Assembly (NCBI GenBank): GCA_002269645.1 | Contig: NIVC01002755.1 | Coordinates: forward strand, 79,150 to 143,149 | Length of the DNA stretch: 64,000 nucleotides | From: Macrostomum lignano | Lineage: Eukaryota | Direction of reading: 5' to 3' | Part shown: positions 34,401-64,000 of the stretch, piece after piece | How positions within the stretch are numbered: the stretch's first letter is position 1 | How the letters are laid out: each line of letters starts with the position of its first letter | Notes under the pieces: model-generated | What the model was told of the DNA's origin: nothing | The model's database searches: none | The model's input: the letters and a program-made list of their open reading frames with translations, nothing else | Program-made: the position numbers and the translations under genes

Positions 34401-37400
34401 ACTGACTGACTGACTGACTGACTGACTGACTGACTGACTGACTGACTGACTGACTGACTGACTGACTGACTGACTGACTGACTGACTGACTGACTGACTG
34501 ACTGACTGACTGACTGACTGACTGACTGATTGGCTACCCCCATTCAAGGCACCTCGTGGCGGCACCAGCGCAGCAGGGCGCTGTTGGCGTCGCGGCCGAA
34601 GCCGGCAAGGCTGAACTCCTTCAGCGACTCGACCAGCGTCTTGAAGAAGGCGGCCGCGATTCGCTTAGCGTAGAGCGCCTGAGAGTCCTCCAGCTTGACG
34701 TTGTCAACCAGGTGCTGCCGGATGCTGGAGCGCAGATGGAGAAAGTGCTCAGCCGCCTCGGCCGCCTTGCCCAGCCGGACCAGCTCGCGGACGGCCTTGC
34801 GAGAGGATTTCGGGCCGCCGCGGAGGGACACGTGCGGTGGGATCTGCAGCTCCCTGAGGGCAGCGTAGGAAGACTGGGATACTTGAAGAATTTTAAGCAG
34901 TATGCACTGTGCAATCCTGTTTGTGCTCAAGCTCATATGGAGCTCAAACTGGGTCACATTGTGCTCATATGGAGCTCACCCAATCAGCAATCGGATGACG
35001 GCGCCCTTGCGCAGGTCGATGCGGCCTTTGAGCACCCGCATTTGCGGCCGGGCCTCCAGGCGCTTGTAGCACTCCAGCAGCAGGTCGACGGCCTTCTCAA
35101 AGCGGCGCTCAGCGATGAGAACGTCCAGGTCGTCCGGCTTGTCCTCGAACCAGGCCGCCTCCTCGTCCTCGAGACTGCGGGGTGCCGGAGCTGAAGAAGG
35201 CGAGGCTGGTGAAGCAGAGCCAGGGCGCCCCGCCACCAAGTGGGACGGCTGGCGCTTGCTGGAGTCCAGGATGGCCTTCGCCAGCTTCGCGGCGCGGACC
35301 TTCTCGATCTGCACATTTTCAGACGGCGGAGTTCCGAAGCTAAACCACGCATACTTTAAAAGGTGCCGCTACCCCATAACCCCACCTGTACTTAAGCACT
35401 CAGGAGGTGCCTCCTGCCCCACTCGGTGGACTCACCCAGCCCGCTGCCTCATCCGAGGAGTTGACGCTGAACACTCTGGTCTCGGGGAAGACGCGCATCT
35501 TGATGAGGTTGGCAAACTGAGCCGCCCCGGAGCTGCCGCCGCCGCCGCTGCTAGAAACAGCAGCGCCTTCAGGCGATGCGGAAAAGGCAGCGGGCGCAGT
35601 CTGGTGGAATCTGTCGATGTCCTGGCGGGAGGCAACAGCGCTGAAGGACACGTTGTCCAGCTCGATGAGCTCCAGCAGCGTCATCTTCCTGCTGGAGGCG
35701 TCGGGGCCGCCGACAGAGGCCAGAAGGACGCAGTCATTGAGCAGGAACAGGTGGAACTCGCCGATCGGGTGCAGGCCGGCCGGACTGACCTCCGTGCAGT
35801 CGCCGTGGTGCAGCATTAATCTGTTTGGCACGTCAGCCACGTCTGAGCTGCCCTCCACGCGCTCCAGGATGTACGACAGCGCCTTGCGGGAGTCCGTCTC
35901 GGGGGCGGCGGCAGTGGAGGATGCGGTGGCGGGTGCACCAGCTGAGGCAGCGGAGGCAGCAGAATCCGTGCGCGGCTTACCCTCGGCACCGACCAGATCG
36001 GTGAGGCGAAAGTCGGTGAGCACCTCCAGCAGGTGGCGCTGGTCCTTCAGCATGCTGCTCATCACCTGCATCTCGGCCTCCAGCAGCGCCACCTCCTTGG
36101 CTGCCTCAATGAACAGTTGGTAGTTCTGGTATACCGCCTTCTTGATGTTGCCATCAGTTTCTTCAACAATCTGCTGCACAATGGCCTCAATGTCCCCTGT
36201 GTTGTGCTCGCCTCGCTGTACCAAATCTTTCACAACTAAAAATTAATGGGACCAGATAGAGTGAATGGTTGATAGCTATTTAGGAATATATAATTAAGTA
36301 AAGAAACTGTATAATATCCTATTTATTCCATGGCATTTTAAATAAAAATAACTATAAAAACAAATAAAATTCAACATAAGCAATTATTAATAGAACAATA
36401 TATATAGTTCCATACATATAGAACTTATAGAACCTATTCTATATACGAGGGGTGTCCAAAAAGTAGTGATACTTTTAACCGTAGCTCCCATTCTATACCT
36501 TCCTGTGATTTAAAATTTTATGAACTGATAGCGGAAAATCTCTTCTACAGACTGCTTTTTAAATTTTTAAAATTGATACTAGAGAACAAAAGTTATACCC
36601 ACGAAAGTAACAGCACCAGCACCACAGAGTTACACAAATTATATCGAAATTTATAATAGTCGACTTCTGCACTCATTCATTAAGAAGGCATCGATAAATG
36701 TCTTGTTTAAGCAATACCAAACCCCAATTGCAAAATGATGCTCACTGTGACTGACTGAAATTTATCTATGGACGGGATCAGGTGCAGAAAAATAAAGCAT
36801 TAAATAAAGCAAACAGAGGAGCTTGCATTTTGCGATTCATTCATGATTTCATTGCCCATACTCGACAACACACATGAATGTGCACTCAGTTGTTGCTCGG
36901 CAAAGTACCATCTTCACTCTTTGGGGCGCTGGCCATGGTGCCTCAGAAATTCACGCAAAACTTTGCTCTGCGCACGGATCCTCTGCGGTCAGCAAAATGA
37001 CAGTTTATCAATGGATGGAGCAGTTCAGCGAGGGAAGGACTGACTTGGCAGATCAGCATTGGACGGGGCGGCCATACATTCATCGACCTGATGTACTAGC
37101 GGACTCCATTCTGGATCTTCTTGACCATTAGAGAGATCGCTGACAGGTTGGACAAGACAAAATCAACAATTCATCGAAGCTTCCTCGGCATGGATCTCAT
37201 GAAGCTCAGCCTATAATTTGTGTAACTCTATGGTACAGGCACTGCTACTTTCGTGGGTATAACTTTTGTTCTCTGGTATCAATTTTAAAAATTCAAAAAG
37301 CAGTCTGTAGAAGAGATTTTCCGCTATCAGTTCATAAAATTTTAAATCACAGGAAGGTATAGAATGAGAGCTACAGTTAAAAGTATCACTACTTTTTGGA

Positions 37401-38293
37401 CACCCCTCGTAGAACACATATATATTATCAATTGAAAATAGAATATATTAGGAAAAATACTGCTCAAATTTAAAATCAGCACCAACAGAAACCTTTGAAG
37501 TGACAAAATTATGATCCCATCAAAGCTGCAACTAATTTATAAACATAAACATAAAGAAGTTTATATATTATTTTTCTTAGTCTTGCATATTATATTTCAA
37601 ACTAAAACAAACTAAAAGTATCAATAATAAAAAAATACTAATAAGAACATAATGGCTATTTAAAGTCCTATAATGGCAACCAAACAAGATTTTGAATTGG
37701 GACTTCTTTTACTTTAGATACAATCAAGGCTAACTGTACCTAATTGGGTGTAGGTTTAGATTCCTGTTCTAAATTATTTTAATGCTTTTTCCTCACTAAT
37801 TGGGCTCTGAAATTTGTGAAAAAGCATTAAAATAGTTTTGAGCAGGATTCCAAAGCTATGTCAGTAATTGGTGCTACCTTTGCAATAATTAAACTGTATA
37901 ATTGTAAATTGTATTTTTGTATAAATTTATCTCAATAACATCAAGCCAAGGCCAGGGGCAGAGGCAAAAATTGTAAAAGAGAAGCAAACAAATTATCATG
38001 GTACAGGCCCCTTTGACTAGGTTTTAATGCCCCTGAATGCCCTACCGGTCTTTACGCCCTTATGAAATTTTTTGTGAATTCTAAAGGGCTAAGCCTACTC
38101 CATTGACAAATACAATACAATAGCAAAACCTTACTTACAAATTACTTACTTACAAATTACTTTAGTACAAATTACTTACTTAGCAAAACCTTACAAATTA
38201 CTTACACTCCAATGGATTCTCTTTCGTTCTTAAGATGCGTTTTAGACCAGTTGAAAGAGATACATCTTTTCTTTCTGTCCCATCTGTAGCCAT
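31491..38293 (-). CDS. EXOC8: Exocyst complex component 8 / Exo84 (about 735 aa); exons 38293-38206, 36235-35436, 35308-34980, 34853-34553, 34316-33992, 33720-33527, 31661-31491
   Basis: IKKAVYQNYQLFIEAAKEVALLEAEM, PH domain (LMLHHGD, FHLFLLND), LDVLIAERRFEKAV, SLRGGPKSSRKAVRELVRLG and C-terminal DFILHNLTFL. All seven exons are phase-consistent (2208 nt). An alternative in-frame ATG lies at 38299. Confidence 0.93.
31705..33160. repeat. Two arrays in the last EXOC8 intron: about 31-bp GTGAATCATCTGTGTTCACACACTGTCTGTT (31705-31955) and about 37-bp GTTCGTGACGGCAAGCGTGACGATGACAAGGTGGGTT (32600-33160)
   Basis: Direct reading. Confidence 0.9.
33745..33878. repeat. 22-bp repeat CTCAGGGTGATCAAAGCTGATT
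   Basis: About 6 copies. Confidence 0.88.
34340..34530. repeat. (ACTG)n microsatellite, EXOC8 intron 4
   Basis: Direct reading. Confidence 0.97.
36446..37409 (+). mobile_element. Internally deleted mariner element with about 210-bp TIRs in EXOC8 intron 1
   Basis: TA-CGAGGGGTGTCCAAAAAGT...ACTTTTTGGACACCCCTCG-TA. The long inverted repeats are 36446-36655 and 37210-37409. Internal ORF 36874-37131 encodes a mariner N-terminal HTH (EIHAKL..AHG..AVS..TVYQW..QF..GR..L.D....GRP). Confidence 0.9.
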
Positions 38294-39658
38294 TGGCATT
38301 ACACCCGCAAAGGGCTATATTTTTAAAAATAAATTATGGCAATTAAGACAGCCAACAGATGATTAGGCGAATAAAAGTCGAAAAAACATAAGTTTGTATT
38401 TGTAAATGTATTTATAACAATACAACGAAGCCAATGTAAAAACAAATATCACTTTTTGATTACGACAAGTTTCTGAAATCTAGACTGGACTACTGTATAT
38501 GTGTAGTATGTGTACACAATTTCTTGTAACTTCGTAGTTTTAAATTCATGTGAGAAAGGCAACTGAAAATTGTGTTAAAATATTACAAAAATCTTATCTA
38601 GCAGTTATTAATAAAGTTTATTTTGAAGTTACAATTTTTTCTTTAAAATCATTTTATCTAAATTTTTCAGCTCTTTTGTTATTCGTGTATTTTTATTACC
38701 ATATTTGAACATCATAGGTTTCTTGGAACTGTTTTAATCGATCTTGGCTCGCTCGCCATAAATCGCCACACTAATTATAGCGCAAGACTTAACTTGGAGT
38801 AATTTTTTTTCTTGTCAGGACTCAGAGCTTTGGTTTTGCTCTGTAGTTGTCTTTGATTCAGTTGAGCATGATTTGTAAGCGTAGCTGTGTCCAGCAGAAG
38901 TTAAATATAATTGTAAATTTGAGTTCGTTTTCGCTCCTGGGTGTGAAATCTTGTCTGGATCTGTATTTTATTTTTTTCGATAAAGAATTGTTTTAGTCTC
39001 TAATATCAAGGGCTCTTACAGATTTAAGGAGTCATGGACTATCATATTTTATATTAACTTCCATAGTCAACAGTAATATTAAAGGCTACAGGGACAGGCT
39101 AAAATTTTAGTATTCTTGTATTTTGACTAGCAAGCTAATTTAGTAAGCATGAAAAGGTGAAATTTTCATGTTTTTAAATTACCTACAATTGTATAACCTT
39201 AAATTTTTATATTTTAAATTTCTTGTATAGCTATATTATTATTTTAAGTATTCAAGGAAAAATACTAGATTTTATATTCAATATAAAATTATAGCTATTA
39301 TGAGTAAGTTATCATGAGTAAACTCCAGAATAATTTACAATTTTTTCAACTTTTAAAGTGACATATCCAAGAGTTTATATGTTTAAAACTAATTTCCTGC
39401 TATTGGTTATGCTTAATTCAAAAAGTATATAAATGGAATATGTATTACTTTAAAATGATAATCTTTGCCATTGATAATCTTTGCCCTCTGCATCATATGG
39501 TCTAGACTGCATAAAAAGTGCTGCGCCCAACAACAACGCTGCGCAGACCCTGCTCGCTGTCTCCCTTTAGTAGTATAACAAATCCAAGTCTAGCTCTTCT
39601 GCGAACTTCATCTCTATTGAGACAACCCGGGAAGGCCAGGAGCAGCAGTGAGCAAGCT

Positions 39659-62480
<22,822 letters not shown>

Positions 62481-62544
62481 CCTGCTGGGCAGTCAAGCCA
62501 ACCTGGCAATCTAGCAGGCTGGATAGACTAACGATCCGCTGATT

Positions 62545-62832
62545 TCTGAGACACCTGGTTTTTGAGACACCTGGTCTCTGAGACACCTGGTCTCTGAGAC
62601 ACCTGGTTTTTTAGACACCTGGTCTCTGAGACACCTGGTTTTTTAGACACCTGGTCTCTGAGACACCTGGTTTTTGAGACATCTGGTTTTTTGAGACACC
62701 TGGTTTTTGAGACATCTGGTTTCTGAGACACCTGGTTTTTGAGACACCTGGTTTCTGAGACACCTGGTTTCTGAGACACCTGGTTTTTGAGATACCTGGT
62801 TTTCTGAGACACCTGGTTTCTGAGACACCTGT
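62545..62832. repeat. About 18-bp repeat CTGAGACACCTGGTTTTT
   Basis: Direct reading. Confidence 0.9.
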
Positions 62833-63254
62833 ATCCGCCATCAACCAGCCATTTGCTCTGCCTTCTCTGCATCCAGCCGACTTCAAGACCCATCCACTAT
62901 TGTTCAGCACTGGAACTGCTTCGCCGCCTCGCTCTCATCCATCCGCCTGTCTCAGCCTGAGATCCCATTTAATGGGCCAGAGCCGCGCACTGTTATTGAG
63001 GAGTGGGGGTCAACCGAGGACCACCACTACGGCATTTAATCACTGACTGAACTCTTTTTTGCACTTTTACAATTTTTTTCGCGCTTGGGCGATTCGAACG
63101 CATCCGTCTGCGAGCCATGACCCCCCATCTCAGAGTTGCCCTCTCCGCTTTTGCCTGTTGCTTTTGCAACTGGTCTGATGCAACTGTTTCATGCGAGCAA
63201 CGGGATCTTCTGACTGCGGCTTTTACTTGCGTACCACTGGTGATGCGCCCTGCT

Positions 63255-63980
63255 CTTCCCCTGCTCTCCCCTGCTCTCCCCCTGCTCTCCCCCTGCTCTC
63301 CCCTGCTCTCCCCTGACCATCTCCCCACTCTCCCCTGCCCATCTCCCCACTCTCCCTGACCATCTCCCACTCTCCCTGCCCATATCCCCACTCTCCCCTG
63401 CCCATATCCCCACTCTCCCTGCCCATCTCCCCACTCTCCCCTGCCCATATCCCCACTCTCCCTGCCCATATCCCCACTCTCCCCTGCCCATCTCCCCACT
63501 CTCCCCTGCCCATATCCCCACTCTCCCCTGCCCATCTCCCCACTCTCCCCTGCCCATATCCCCACTCTCCCTGCCCATCTCCCACTCTCCCCTGACCATC
63601 TCCCCACTCTCCCCTGCCCATATCCCCACTCTCCCTGCCCATCTCCCCACTCTCTCCTGACCATCTCTCCACTCTCCCCTGCCCATCTCCCACTCCCCTG
63701 CCATCTACCCACTCTCCCTGACCATCTCCCCACTCTCCCTGCCCATCTCCCCACTCTCCCTGCCCATCTCCCCACTCTCCCCTGACCATCTCCCCACTCT
63801 CCCTGCCATATCCCCACTCTCCCCTGCCCATCTCCCCACTCTCTCCTGACCATCTCTCCACTCTCCCCTGCCCATCTCCCCACTCTCCCCTGCCCATCTC
63901 CCCACTCTCCCCTGACCATCTCCCCACTCTCCCCTCCATCTCCCCACTCTCCCCTGCCCATCTCCCTGCTCTCCCTGCCC
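63255..63980. repeat. C/T-rich about 22-bp minisatellite CCCCACTCTCCCCTGCCCATCT
   Basis: Direct reading. Confidence 0.93.
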
Positions 63981-64000
63981 CAACTGCCAGTGGCTCCAGT

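Noticed and set aside
34556-36239. Several plus-strand ORFs of 120-234 aa
   Set aside because: They are antisense shadows of GC-rich EXOC8 exons.
62993-63983. Minus-strand Gly/Glu/Trp-rich ORFs
   Set aside because: They are translations of the terminal C/T-rich minisatellite.

Overview
Eukaryotic (animal) genomic DNA: GC3-rich exons separated by GT-AG introns, most of which contain a tandem repeat specific to that intron. This style suggests a flatworm such as Macrostomum (inference, not verified). I reconstructed the genes by hand from splice sites and reading phase. (1) The 3' part of a TRPM cation channel (+, 1-10838), with two apparently mutually exclusive exons. (2) A tentative small 3-exon secreted protein (+, 12063-13807). 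(3) Four co-oriented minus-strand genes: an 11-beta-HSD1-like SDR, a catalytically dead MINDY4B-like deubiquitinase, a GH27 alpha-N-acetylgalactosaminidase and EXOC8. (4) A 14-exon, ~1495-aa uncharacterised protein (+, 39659-62480) with PH-like, PPxY, WW-like, Gly-rich and C-terminal domains. It carries eight apparent single-base deletions and has an intronless same-strand gene in one intron. Mobile elements: a non-autonomous piggyBac containing a Harbinger-like fragment, an internally deleted mariner, and tRNA-derived and CORE-type SINE copies. There are about 45 micro- and minisatellite arrays, several built from splice-site-like or Pol III A-box-like units. Most ORFs in the supplied track are repeat or antisense artefacts. 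No CRISPR array, rRNA or intact tRNA gene is supported.
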